This document shows positions 11,671-22,812 of a stretch of DNA of 41,132 nt, piece by piece; the stretch's first letter is position 1, and each line of letters opens with the position of its first letter. The notes below the pieces were generated by a model. That model worked only from the letters and a program-made list of their open reading frames with translations. It was not told where the DNA came from and did not search any database. Source of the DNA: Chiloscyllium plagiosum (taxonomy: Eukaryota); the NCBI RefSeq assembly GCF_004010195.1, contig NC_057718.1:35311777-35352908 (forward strand). Reading direction: 5' to 3'. Both the position numbers and the translations under genes were made by a program.

Positions 11671-13534
11671 TTGACATGGTAGGAGAACAGGCAAAGGTTA
11701 GTGGTAGAGGTAGGCCATCAGTTAGCATCGAGGTATAAGGGGCAATAGAGGATGGACAGAGGACATTGTTATGTGGGTTGGAATGGATGGAGCACAGAAA
11801 ATGTATGGGGTGAAAGGTTGTGATGATGAGTACAGGAAGAATTTTTACATTTCTCCACTTCTGAAGAAATAAAGTACCCTTTTGAATCTACACAAAGGAC
11901 ATATTTGCTTTGGTAAGGCTTCCTTTGAGTTTGAGAAAAGGCATGGCTTTTGTGGAAGAAGTTGCATTAACTCTTTGGAACCTGCAAAGTTATCAAGAAA
12001 CTGTCTAAAAGAAAATGTGAAGATAAAAAAGAAACGGTGTTAGGTATATGAGTGCGCCTGGTAATAATAAACTATTAGAGGGTATGTGCTGTCTAGCTGA
12101 TAAACCAAACTATCATTTCACAGTGGTGTGCCTATTGATGCACAGTTCTACCTGCTTAATGGATGAAAACATTTATTGAAAGGAGGGATTAAATATTTGA
12201 GTGAAATGTTTGTTGACATAAAATATTAATCACCTAAGTCAAGGGATTTGTTGAAGCAGTTTCACTGTGTTGAATGTTCATTTTGTATCAACAAGGATAT
12301 AATTTTTTTCAATATTAACATAACCACTCAACCAGAAACTTGATTTTCTGATGTAATACCTCTTTATTAATGCCAATACAGGACCATAGGTGAGTTGACA
12401 TGGCAAGTGGAGGATAAAAGGAGATTAAGTTGATACTGAGTTGGCATCAGGAAAATTTTAAAAAAGGGAGATAAACATAGTATAACACAAGGGGTATGGG
12501 ATATCACAGGGTAGTTGGATAGATGGGCGTAGGATGACATAGGAAATATGATGGGTCATGTCAGTAATTGCAGTGTATAGGCTGGCATGAATGGTGCATA
12601 GAGAGGCTGCATTGATCATGGAAATGGACTTTCTTATGGATCTTACTGGAAATGAGGAATGGAAATTATTGTTACTACCTAGCTCAGAGTGAAGACACTG
12701 AGTGGGTCTGCCAGCTAAAGTCAGCAAACCTTGCTTAGGCAAAGGATTGAGACTCGAACATTATAAATCAGTCTGACTTAGTACTTCACTGGATGGCGCA
12801 ATTATCTAGACAGCTGTGGGAATAGTCCCTTCAAAACCTATGAGTCAGTTCCAGTCATCATTTACTCAGGATTTTAAATTGTACCATTTTGATGTGGCAT
12901 GAGCTCTGTGGTAAAGGCCCTGTGAAAAACTTACATTGAGAACACTTAATTTACAAAGGTCTTTCATTTTAAATTGAAATGTATTTCCCGAGGGCTGGAT
13001 GTGATATTTATTGATGTAAACAATGCTCTACTTGTAACTGGAATTGGTCAAATTACATTCAGAGCTCCTGCTCCAAAATGTCCTGCATTAATTATTGATT
13101 GACATTGACCTGGAACATTAAAAAAAATTAACTTTCTGTGTCCTTTCTATTCATCTGAACCAGTTCTTAACATTATTTGCTGCTCAAATATTACACAACA
13201 GGAGACGTTTCATGTTTAATCACCAATTATTCTTAAAAGTATCTGCAATTATTGATCTGTCAAAGGCCCTGTGACTTTTTTCAGGAACCTTGTGATTTTG
13301 GTATTATCCCCATAATCTCAAAAGTATACACAATCTCACTAGCAAATATCCATGGTGGTGATTCCATATACAGTTCATCATACTATGTAGAATTTTGAAG
13401 CCAATTGCATTCGGTGCAAACTACTTCCAATACAGTCTCCATAGCTTTTCTTTGTTCTCAAATCGTAGGCCACCTATAAGTAATGACTAATGTTAATAGC
13501 AGTATTTGCATCCTCCAGATATCCCAAAACCAAC

Positions 13535-13866
13535 AAGTAAGACAAGGTCCTTTCCTTGGGGTGCGGGAGTCCAGAACTAGAGGGCATAGGTTTAGCGTGA
13601 GAGGGGAAAGATATAAAAGAGACCTAAGGGGCAACCTTTTCATGCAGAGGATGGTACATGTATGGAATGAGCTTCCAGAGGAAGTGGTGGAGGCTGGTAC
13701 AATTGCAACATTTAAAAGGTATTTGGATGGGGAGATGAATAGGAAGGATTTAGAGGAATATGGGCCTGTTGCTGACAGCTGGGATTGGATTGGGTTGGGA
13801 TATCTGGTCGGCATGGACAAGTTGGACTGAAGGGTCTGTTTCCATGCTGTACATCTCTATGACTAT
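13535..13866 (+). mobile_element. HER1-like CR1 LINE 3' end
   Basis: ESRTRGHRFSVRGERYKRDLRGNLFMQRMVHVWNELPEEVVEAGTIATFKRYLD; tail gggtctgtttccatgctgtacatctctatgactatg resembles the HE1 tail. Confidence 0.92.
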
Positions 13867-14181
13867 GTGGAATGACAGTGTAATGGTATTATCACTGGAG
13901 CCCTGAGTTCTACTCCTGCCTTAGTAGATAATGGAATTTAAATTCAATAAAAATCTGGAATTCAAAGTCTAATGATAACCACAAATCAATTCTTGGAAAA
14001 ATTCACCCAGTTCACTAATATCCTTTCAGAAAGAAACTGCTATTATTACCTGGACTGGCCTACATGTGACCCTACAGCCACAGCACTGTGGTTGACTTTT
14101 ATCTGCCCTCTTGATAATTAAGTATAGGCAATAAGTGTTGGCTGAGCAAGCAACATCTTCATCCCTGAATGAGTAAATAAA
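13866..14181 (+). mobile_element. tRNA-derived SINE with L2/CR1-group LINE tail
   Basis: Head gtgtaatggtattatcactgga; aattcaataaaaatctggaatt; ctggcctacatgtgaccctacagccacagcactgtggttgact; tail ggcaataagtgttggctgagcaagcaacatcttcatccctgaatgagtaaataaa. Confidence 0.8.
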
Positions 14182-14184
14182 ATT

Positions 14185-14530
14185 ACTTTTGAAACATAGC
14201 TATTGTTGTTTTTTAGGTAAGTACAGTTTCTAATTTGTATATTGTATTGTATCAGAAAAAGCAGTGACATAATTACGGGTGAATCAATTCTTGATAAAAC
14301 CTGAGAGCTAAATGTTGAAAAGGGAACAGGAGATATTTTGGGATATTTTATAACAATCTAACAGATGGAACCTCGATTAAGATATTATCCAAAACTAAAG
14401 AATCACTATAGTATAGCAATAGCTTTAACACTGCATTGAAATATCAGGATAGATTTGCACATAGGCCTCTGATTGGGATTTGAATGTACAATGTCCCACT
14501 TGATTCAGAGACAAAAGGGTTAGCACCAAA
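14185..14530 (-). mobile_element. Decayed DeuSINE copy
   Basis: Reverse complement: tgtctctgaatcaagtgggacattgtacattcaaatcccaatcagaggcctatgtgcaaatctatcctgatatttcaatgcagtgtt...aatcgaggttccatctg. Confidence 0.55.
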
Positions 14531-15573
14531 ACTAGGTTGGCATTATGGCAAAGTCCATAGTAGATCTACAACAATAGAAATTAAAGAAAATATCAAGGAA
14601 GAATAGCAACATTCATCCACTATTACACAAAATCAATTTGAAAATGGAGGTGAGCCAGCTATCTTGAGCAAATTTGCTATTTATTATTAATACATATTAG
14701 AAAGAAATTAATGCATTACTCTTGTTGTGAAGATATTCCCTTTGGATAAAGAATTGGAAGCAGTTTTGGAAGAATAGGAGTGCAGCTTTCAAGCAACATG
14801 ACCATCATTGTCCTGATAACATCATGAAGGACAACAAAGCTTGGCAGAGAAAATGGAAAATGCAAGAGAAACAGAATGTCAGCCATACAACACGTGTTTG
14901 CTTGTAGATGGCTCCAATATCGTGAGACAAAGTTATTCCAAGACATGCAGGCAGAGTTCAGGACTAGAGCTGACCATCAGCAAAGTCCGCTAACAAGCCT
15001 CTTCCTGATATAGAAAAACATCAGCATCAAAGAACGTGGTTTATTTCTGAAATGGATAATGTTTGATGACGCGTCTGTTGTAATATTAATTTGTTGTGAC
15101 ACTTCCTCCCAGTCCGACAAGATTTAGCGTTACATTGCATGGAGCGCTGGTGAGCTAGAATGGAATAATTCAGTTTATTTCATGAACTTCCCTTACAAAC
15201 AGGTAAAGCAGGTAAATGACTTTTCGACTCTGTTGCACATGCTACGCGAACAAAATTAAAGGACACCTTTTAGAAAAATGCTTTACAATGGAGGAATTTG
15301 TTTTTGAGACTAAGTATAGCATTGGGCCACAGCAGGAGGTACCTCAGTTGGGGTGGGTGGGCTGTGGATCAGTTGTATCACATGTTTATGTTTCCTTGAT
15401 CATTGCACGTGTACAAGGAGAACATCAAATCTTGCAGTCAGTATGTTTTGAAGACTACCAGGAGCACCTGGGTACCAACTTCTGGGCACCTTATTTAAAA
15501 GACAATCTGTGCAAACCAGGAACATGAGCTTCTCTCAGGTTAGTCACCCCTGGAGATGTCTGCCACCAGATAG

Positions 15574-15755
15574 AAAGTGGTTCCCTGATTCGGAAAAGTA
15601 TTTCTCATCAATCTCTTGCAAATCATCTGGGAGTGGAGAGATGTACTGTTTCCATGGGATGGCAACAGTAGGACTGACAAAGGCAATCTGGAATGAGGTC
15701 ACTATAGAGGTCAACATGGATCCATCGCTAGGCTAAGAAAAAGCAATGCTTCATG
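15574..15755 (+). pseudogene. Myb/SANT-like DNA-binding gene relic of a PIF/Harbinger transposon
   Basis: KVVP*FGKVFLINLLQIIWEWRDVLFPWDGNSR / LTKAIWNEVTIEVN.../KQC follows the AP.F....L..LL..V..RRDVLFP.DG...TK.AW.EV..EV....QC pattern. Confidence 0.7.
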
Positions 15756-16419
15756 CTTCATTGTGTCTGAATTAGCATAAAAAGAATGTCGAGGACTGTA
15801 AGGCAAAAGACTGCGATTGTCATCCCTGGATGCTCTCGAGGTGCCCTATCTCTCTGCCTGCCCTCTGCCAGGAACTCAAATACCTCCAATAAATCAGGCT
15901 GAGGAACTTGCTGCTGCATTGATACAGGAGACCCCCGACAGGACCGAATTCTCTGGAGGGTGGACCACAAGAGCACACCCTCTGATGCATGCTGACAAAG
16001 CAGTTAGCAGGCTTCATCAGCTCAAGCTGTGGAAGTAGACCCTACACATTATGGCAAGAGAAAAGATTAACGAACCTAGAAATCTATTGGGGTGTTAATG
16101 TCACCTAGAGTCAACCACTGTTCATAAACATAGCACCTAGTTCCTACATTAGTTTGATCTTTTTTCTAACTGTTAACAATTTCTGATTGGTTCTGTTTCT
16201 CTTGTAGTGATTCTTGAAAGATGCTGATAACTGTAGGCACTCACCAATGCATTATGTACAGTCATGCCCACAACAACACGAACATTGCCAATCTCTGCTG
16301 CCCTCGAATAGCAATGCTGTCAGGGAAAGATGTCCACAAACTAACTGTGTGTGTCTGGAGGGTCACTTTGCATCATCAACTTCCCTGCCCTCTGCATTCC
16401 CATTGGACTCCATTTCTAA

Positions 16420-17420
16420 CTCAACCAAGAGACAAAGCTGGTTCATCTCACAATCTGCTAATTTATCATCCCAGCATTGAGCTGGGTTGTGCAGGGCAGA
16501 GCAAACAATTACTATGGCTGGAGCAAGTACTGGAGTACTTCTGAGCAGACAGAAGGGCATCTTCAGTAAAGCAATTGTCTGGTTAACGAGAGGCCAAGAG
16601 GATAGATGTATTATGTTGTAGCAATGTCGGCCATCAGTCTGAGAGTTACACAGCAGGATCATTAGCCATGCCATCTGGGGTACCCTTGTTTCACAAATGA
16701 GTTATCCCTGGAGATAATGCAAGGATGTGAACATGTGGGGCATGTCTAGAATGTTAGCACTGTGACAGCTCCCTGGAAATCAGGCAAACACCTGCAGGAC
16801 CTGTGACCACGGAAAAGCTGGATATTGAGAGAGTGAAACCCCTTCCAGGAATCTGATTGGATATTGGAGCTCTGGGAGCAACACGCGTGCAGTCAATGAG
16901 CTCTTGGGCCTCAGGGAGCCCAGTGAAGGCTCAGTCTGATGGTTTATTATATTTGTCCACAGTGAACTGGACAAATAGATAAGATTTCCTGGGAAGGGCA
17001 TCCCTCATCTCATGAGTACACCTGGAGGTTGCTAATTGGGAGATACCACACACACCCTGTACTTGAGGTTTGAAAGGAGTCCATTTTGAGAAAGTTCGAG
17101 ACCACAGTTATCTTCAGCACCATAGGCACAACAATGCCTCCCAAGCCACACGGCTGCAGCTCCTCTGTGGGAGGTAGTAGATGTAGGTGGTGATGTTCCT
17201 ATTCATGCAGAGATATTTGCAGCATGATTACTCACTGATCTGTAGGTAAATGCAATATGTTAATTCGACCCTGTCTTAGTACATTGCTCCTTCGCTCTAA
17301 TACCCCTGATTCCCATCTTCAGGCACTGCTTGATGTTCTCAGCTGGACCCGGTTGACCCTCAGGTCTCTGCTGTTGGCAGTGGGCACACCATCACCTTCT
17401 GCTCCTCCTTCTCTGTAGGT
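16420..17420 (-). pseudogene. HARBI1-like (PIF/Harbinger DDE) transposase relic
   Basis: Colinear minus-strand motifs LQPCGLGGIVVPMVLKITVVSNF...SFQ, CGISQLATSRCTHEMRDAL, LIDCTRVAPRAP, GFHSLNIQL, QGYP, WLMILLCNSQTDGRHCYNIIH...VNQTIALLKMPFCL, IVIVCSALHN; frameshifts and stops present. Confidence 0.85.
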
Positions 17421-17767
17421 ACAACAATGCCAGTCCATCTGCTGGATGTAGCTGGCCAAATGTTCTGCATTGAAGTAAGAATCTGTGAATAAATAGTAGG
17501 AAAGAGATGTTTGGCTCTCTTCTGAGAACTATACCTTCTCAACCTACCCTTTCAGCTCTTATTGGGCTGCTCCCATCACAAGCAAAAGTCAGCCCTGGAC
17601 TTCAACATGGTGAGGCCCATCTTGTAATAACCATGACTGCTTATCCTCTTCTGCAATGTGCAATGATTTTACACTCTTCAGCTTGATAAATGTAGTTCAT
17701 TTTGACTTGTGGTAGCCTTCATTATACCCAGCTATATAGCTCTGAAATGGCAGACTCAAGAGTATGT

Positions 17768-17925
17768 ATAACAACTTCATCTTCATGCCCACTAAACTGA
17801 AGAGCATTTACAACAACTTCATCCCCATATCTGTAAGACTGAAGACCATGTGTAACAACTTCATCCCCATGCCCATAAGACTGAAGAGCATCTATAACAA
17901 CTTCATCCCTGTGTCCATAAGATTC
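17768..17925. repeat. Minisatellite, about 4 x 42 bp
   Basis: acaacttcatc recurs at 17771, 17813, 17855 and 17897; unit approximately taacaacttcatccccatgcccataagactgaagagcatcta. Confidence 0.95.
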
Positions 17926-18092
17926 ACTTACCTGGGCAAGTAAAAGCTCCAGCACAGCTTCAGATTGACCAATCCCATTACCATCACTTATATCTCTCAG
18001 TGTGTGTTATGCTTTATTTCAGAGTTCATTGCATTATAGAACCTGGCTGGTACTGGAACCTGTTAATCTTTATGCTGCAGTGAATGTTTCAT

Positions 18093-18964
18093 TTTTGTAT
18101 TCACTTGTGAGATGCTGATGTTGCTGCCTGGGACAACATTGATTGCCCATCTTTAGTTACTCTTGAGATGGCAGTGGTAAGCTGCTTTTCGTGAATTGCT
18201 GCAGTCCATTTACTGGAGATAGATCCACAATGCCATTAAGGAAGGAATTCAAAGATTTTGACTCAATGACACTGAAGAAATGGTGACATATTTCCAAATA
18301 AGGATAGTGAGTGGCTTGGAGGAGAAATGGCAGGTGATGTTGTTCCCAAATATCTGCTGCCCTTGTCCTTCTAAGTGGAAACAGTCATGCATTTGGAAGG
18401 TGCTGTTTAAAAATCTTTGGTGAACTTCTGCAGTGTATACATGGTATAGACTGCTGCTATTGATCATCAATGCTGGAGGGAGTGAATGCTTATGCATGTG
18501 GTGCCAATCAAGCAGGCTGCTTTGTCCTGGACAGTGCCAAGCTTTTGGAGTGTTGTTGGCGCTGCACCCATTCAGGCAAGTGGGGAGTATCCCATCACAC
18601 TCCTGACTTGTGCCTTGTTGATGGTTGACAGGCTTTGGAAAGTTGGGAGGTGAGTTATTCACTGTAGTATTTCTTGCCTCTGATCTGCTCTTGCAGCCCC
18701 TATATGACAAGACCAGTTCAGTTGCTCATCAATGGTTCTCCCTTTCCCAGGATGTTGACAGTGGGATTCAGTCATGGTAGTGCTTTTGAATGTAAGGGGT
18801 GATGGTTAGAATGTCTCTTATTGGAGATGCCTATTGACTGGCATTTGGGTGGTGCAAAGGTTACTTGCCACTTTTCAGCCCCAGCCTGCATATTATCCAG
18901 GTCTTGTTGCATTTGGACATGGACTGTGTCGGTGTCTGAGGAGTTGCAAATAGTGCTGAACATT
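18093..18964 (-). mobile_element. L2/CR1-group LINE 3' 0.9 kb
   Basis: MFSTICNSSDTDTVHVQMQQDLDNMQAGAEKWQVTFAPPKCQSIGISNKR; the LINE tail lies at 18093-18210. Confidence 0.88.
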
Positions 18965-19629
18965 TCAGCCTACAGCCCTTACTGAATGCTATTGAATCTG
19001 TTTTATTTGTTTCTGTTTCGCTTCACTCCCATTTGGGTTGTTTGATCTGTGCAGGAACCATGCAAACAGACACCTCAGGCCCCTTCCATTTCTATCTCAC
19101 ACCCTTAGCGAGGGATTCTGTATTGACCTGACTGACTGAAGAGAAGAATGATGCACGTAAACCTTTCTCTCCATTCCTTCACACTGACTCCCCTCCCCTC
19201 TCTAAACTACGCTTTCCCCTTCATCACTGGGGATGGTTTATACCTTTCCTCTGGTAAATTCTTTGTGATGCTTCCATCTCACCCTGTAACTGTGGCCCCT
19301 TTTGTCATATTCCTGGGACCTTCCTGAGCTTCCCCCTGACCCCACAGCCATCCAGCTCCCCCATGATCATTCTTGGCCTTGTATTGTTCCTTATTTAATC
19401 CCCCACTCCTTCACTCCCCAACACACCTCCTGATCCCATTGTGATCCCACTGTTGAAATGCAGCTCCCATCTTTGCTTATCCCTCTTGTTCTTATCACTG
19501 TCACTCTCCCCTCTACCCTCCAGTTGCCTCACTCCGTGCCCTGAAATCCCTCTGGCACCCCAGACAACTGTGTCTTTTAAGTTTAACTCTCTGCTGTACC
19601 TTCCCATCTTTTTCTGGAGTGTTTCTGTT

Positions 19630-19973
19630 CAGCTCCTTTCAGTTTGAGCACCTCATGCCTATCCCAGTCGGGTTTCCTGATGTGGACCAGTGTAGCTGTC
19701 TCAATGGGACCAGCACAAACTGTTAGATTAATGATGCCATTCCACAACAACAACTTACAAGGCCCGTAATGAATGACCATTCTTCAGAGTGGGATGGAGT
19801 GGGCAGTCTGCACCCCTGACACTGTAGCATTTTGAACAAGAGCCGTGGTGGCCTCCCTGATACAATAATACATAGCAAAGTGGGAGAGGTCACTGATGCC
19901 ACTGACTCCAATCTGGAAGAAAATCATTAAAGAAATGCTCAGGGCCACAGCCAGTGAAGTAGCCAGTAGCAAA
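19630..19973 (-). pseudogene. HARBI1-like transposase relic (second copy, internally deleted); may continue at 20315-20410
   Basis: LLATSLAVALSISLMIFFQIGVSGISDLSHFAMYYCIREATTAL aligns to LPVAVKVTVALNF.A.GSFQ...GD...ISQ.A.H.CIREVT.AL; SY..PHQETR../VLK lies further down. Confidence 0.65.
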
Positions 19974-20314
19974 GGGTGGCATGGTGGCTCAGTAGTTTAC
20001 ACTGCTGAATCACAATGACAGGGACCCAGGATCGATTCCAACTTCAGGCAACTGTGTGTGGATGTTGTACATTCTCCCTGTGTCTGTGTAGGTTTCCTCT
20101 GGTGCTCCGGTTTCCTCCCACAGTCCGAAGATGTGCAGGTTAGCTGGATTGGCCATTTGAAATTGTCAGTATTGCCCAGGGATGTGAGGGCTAGGTGGGT
20201 TGGCCATGGTAAAATATAGGGTTGAAGGGGAAGGGTAGGATGTTGTTCAGAGGGTCAGTGTGGATTCAATTGGTCAGATGGCCTATTTCCACAGTGTAGG
20301 AGATTCTATGATTC
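19974..20314 (+). mobile_element. HE1-type V-SINE (older subfamily)
   Basis: gggtggcatggtggctcagtag...ggatcgattcc...tttcctcccacagtccgaagatgtgcagg...ccacagtgtaggagattctatgattc. Confidence 0.9.
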
Positions 20315-21377
20315 TTCTTGGTTATGAAGGATCCATGCTGTGAAAGAAGTGTAAGTATAGTCACCAGAGCTTTGAGGAAGAAGTCAAACTCACCAGACCT
20401 CATATGCAGTCGCATTTGTGCAACAAATATTTTTCTCGCTTGTGCCCAAGATTGTACCAGTTAATGTAATTCCAGGGACCTTATTGTTAATGAGTATTCA
20501 TGGCATGCTAATGAATGCTAACAAAGTTCCTCACCTGTCCTGGCCAGAAGGCTGACGCACCTGAGAGATTCGGAGACCTTCAAACCAAAACATTAACCCA
20601 AAATCGGGTATCTGAGGTCGGACCTCCCAGCCAATTAAGTTCTCCCTTCCATCCTTCTAATGCTGTACATGGACCCGGAAAATTCTGTCAATTGTTTCTT
20701 CTTGTGGCTGCTAAAGCCTTTGCTAGTTGTTTAAAATTAACAGAATGTCATGTGAAAACTGAAAGATTTGCTTTCTTTCATGGGCTTTCCTTTTGGACAT
20801 GCTCACTCAGAGATGATCACACTGAGAAAATGTCTGATGTACAACAAGGCAATAATCTTGTAATGATTTTTGTAACGTGTAAACGAATAGCAACATAATG
20901 TGACCAGGTGCAGTTTAAACAGAGCATGTCTGCTGGAATTTAGTAATGATGCAACCATGTCACTTTGTTTCCATTATCAACTGGCTATGTTTTACTTCAA
21001 GGATGCACCTCTATAAAGATAACTTCTTTTAGCAGAAAGCGTGATCACCCTTTGACCTGAAGAATCTGTCTATAACAATAGCTCCATTAATCAACAATGA
21101 CACGGTGCCCGGCCTGTTTCCTTGAGATTTAACACCCATCCTCCCTACATTAGCCATTTCCTGCTTGCTAAGGTTAAGTGACATTCTTTATTACTCTCCT
21201 TACATCTGGCTACTTAATGTTTGCTCTCATGTTTTCGTAGCATGCATGACTGCTCCAACAACACAACACTTTCACAAATGGCCTAGCTTTTCTCAAAATA
21301 GCTGCTTCCTCTGTAACGAGTCTTCCGCACAAGCTTAAACAGTAACGAATGACAATATTGTGCTGTACATTCTATAA

Positions 21378-21697
21378 TTAGATTAAATTAGATTACATTA
21401 CAGCGTGGAAACAGGCCCTTCGGCCCAACAAGTCCACACCGACCCGCCGAAGCGTAACCCACCCATACCCCTACATTTACCCCTTACCTAACACTACGGG
21501 CAATTTAGCACGGCCAATTCACCTGACCCTGCACATCTTTGGACTGTGGGAGGAAACCGGAGCACCAGGAGGAAACCCACGCAGACACGGGGAGAACGTG
21601 CAAACTCCACACAGTCAGTCGCCTGAGGCGGGAATTGAACCTGGGTCTCTTGGCGCTGTGAGGCAGCAGTGCTAACCACTGTGCCACCGTGCCGCCC
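21378..21697 (-). mobile_element. Young full-length HE1 V-SINE
   Basis: Reverse complement gggcggcacggtggcacagtggttagc...ggttcaattcccgcc (Pol III A and B boxes intact); CpGs retained; (taatc)n-type tail. Confidence 0.97.
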
Positions 21698-21859
21698 ACT
21701 ATGTCATTCAATATAGTCAGAAGTAAGATGAAAACTGAAGCTCGACTCTTTCTTAGGTTGTAAAAGAAAAATGAAAAAAATGGGTACTGCACACAGAGTA
21801 CAAGAAAACAAATACATTTGTCCTTCTTTAGTTTAAAGACAAATATATTTGTCTTTCTT

Positions 21860-22046
21860 TAGTTTTTGAATCCTTCCATGATTTCTTCCCTCACTTTCTC
21901 TGTAAACCTTCCAACCAATATGCCATGATATCTGCACTCTTTCAATTCTAGCTTCTTGCATATGCCACAATTTAATCCACCATCAGCTTCCATTGGATCC
22001 TAAGACTAAGCTGCAGTACTCTCCATTAAACCTTATTTCCTCTTTA
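21860..22046 (+). mobile_element. L2 3'-end fragment (resumes at about 22754-22800)
   Basis: tttttgaatccttccatgatttcttccctcactttctctgtaaaccttcc is similar to 5748-5800; continues ctctcctcctttaagacccacctctt. Confidence 0.55.
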
Positions 22047-22753
22047 CTGAAAACAACAAATGCTGGAGATCACAGCAGGTCAGACAGCATCCATGGAGAG
22101 ACAGAGCAAGCTAACGGTTCAAGTCTAGATGACTTTTCATCTCTTTTCTTATTTGAAAAAGGATGTACTGGCACTGGAGGGAGTGCAGAGGAGGTTCACT
22201 AGATTGACTCCAGAGTTGAAGGGGTTGGCTTATGAGGAGAGACTGAGTAGACCACAATTATATTTATTGGAATTTAAAGAATGGGGGGGGGGTGATCTTA
22301 TAAAAACATATAAAATTATGAAGGGAATACGTAACAGAAGTCGAGAGGGTGTTTCCAGTGGCAAGTGAAACTAGGACAAGAGGGCATAGTCTCAAAGTTA
22401 GGGGGCGCAGATTTAGGACTGAATTGAGAAGGAACTTCTTCACCCAGAGGGTTGTAAATCTATGGAATTCCCTGCCCAGTGAGGTAGTTGATGCTACTTC
22501 AGTAAATGTTTTTAAAGCTAAGATAAATTTTTTTTAACAATAAAGGAATTAAGGGTTATAGTAAGAGGGTGGGTCAGTGGAGCTGAGGCCATGAAAAGAT
22601 CAGCCATGATCTTATTGAATGGTGGGGCAGGCTCGAAGGGCCAAATGGCCTACTCCTGCTGTTAGTTCTTATGCCTGCTGTCTGACCCACTGTGATCTCC
22701 AGCATTTGTTGTTTTCAGCACAGATTCCAATATCTGCAGTCATTTGCTTCCAG
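22047..22753. mobile_element. Palindromic PLE-derived short element split by a CR1 insertion
   Basis: 43-bp inverted arms 22047-22089 and 22676-22718 (41/43 identical), related to the PLE terminal sequence gctgg..a..cacagcaggtcag.cagcatcc. Confidence 0.7.
22145..22672 (+). mobile_element. CR1 LINE 3' fragment
   Basis: YLKKDVLALEGVQRRFTRLTPELKGLAYEERL; ETRTRGHSLKVRGRRFRTELRRNFFTQRVVNLWNSLP; tail aatggcctactcctgctgttagttcttatg. Confidence 0.93.
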
Positions 22754-22812
22754 TTATTTCTTCTGTAGCTCCCTCTCCTCCTTTAAGACCCACCTCTTCC
22801 CAGTTCTCCCAA

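Noticed and set aside
16363..16674. Possible host HARBI1 gene
   Set aside because: Frameshifts, stops and a lost catalytic residue, plus several decayed copies nearby, indicate transposon relics rather than the domesticated gene.
17768..17925. CRISPR-like periodicity
   Set aside because: The units are contiguous 42-bp tandem copies with no unique spacers, there are no cas genes, and the context is eukaryotic.
20515..20898. 127-aa ORF in unique sequence
   Set aside because: No recognisable homology or exon structure; treated as a non-coding island instead.
21625..21697. tRNA gene-like A and B boxes
   Set aside because: This is the tRNA-derived head of an HE1 SINE and continues directly into the V-domain.
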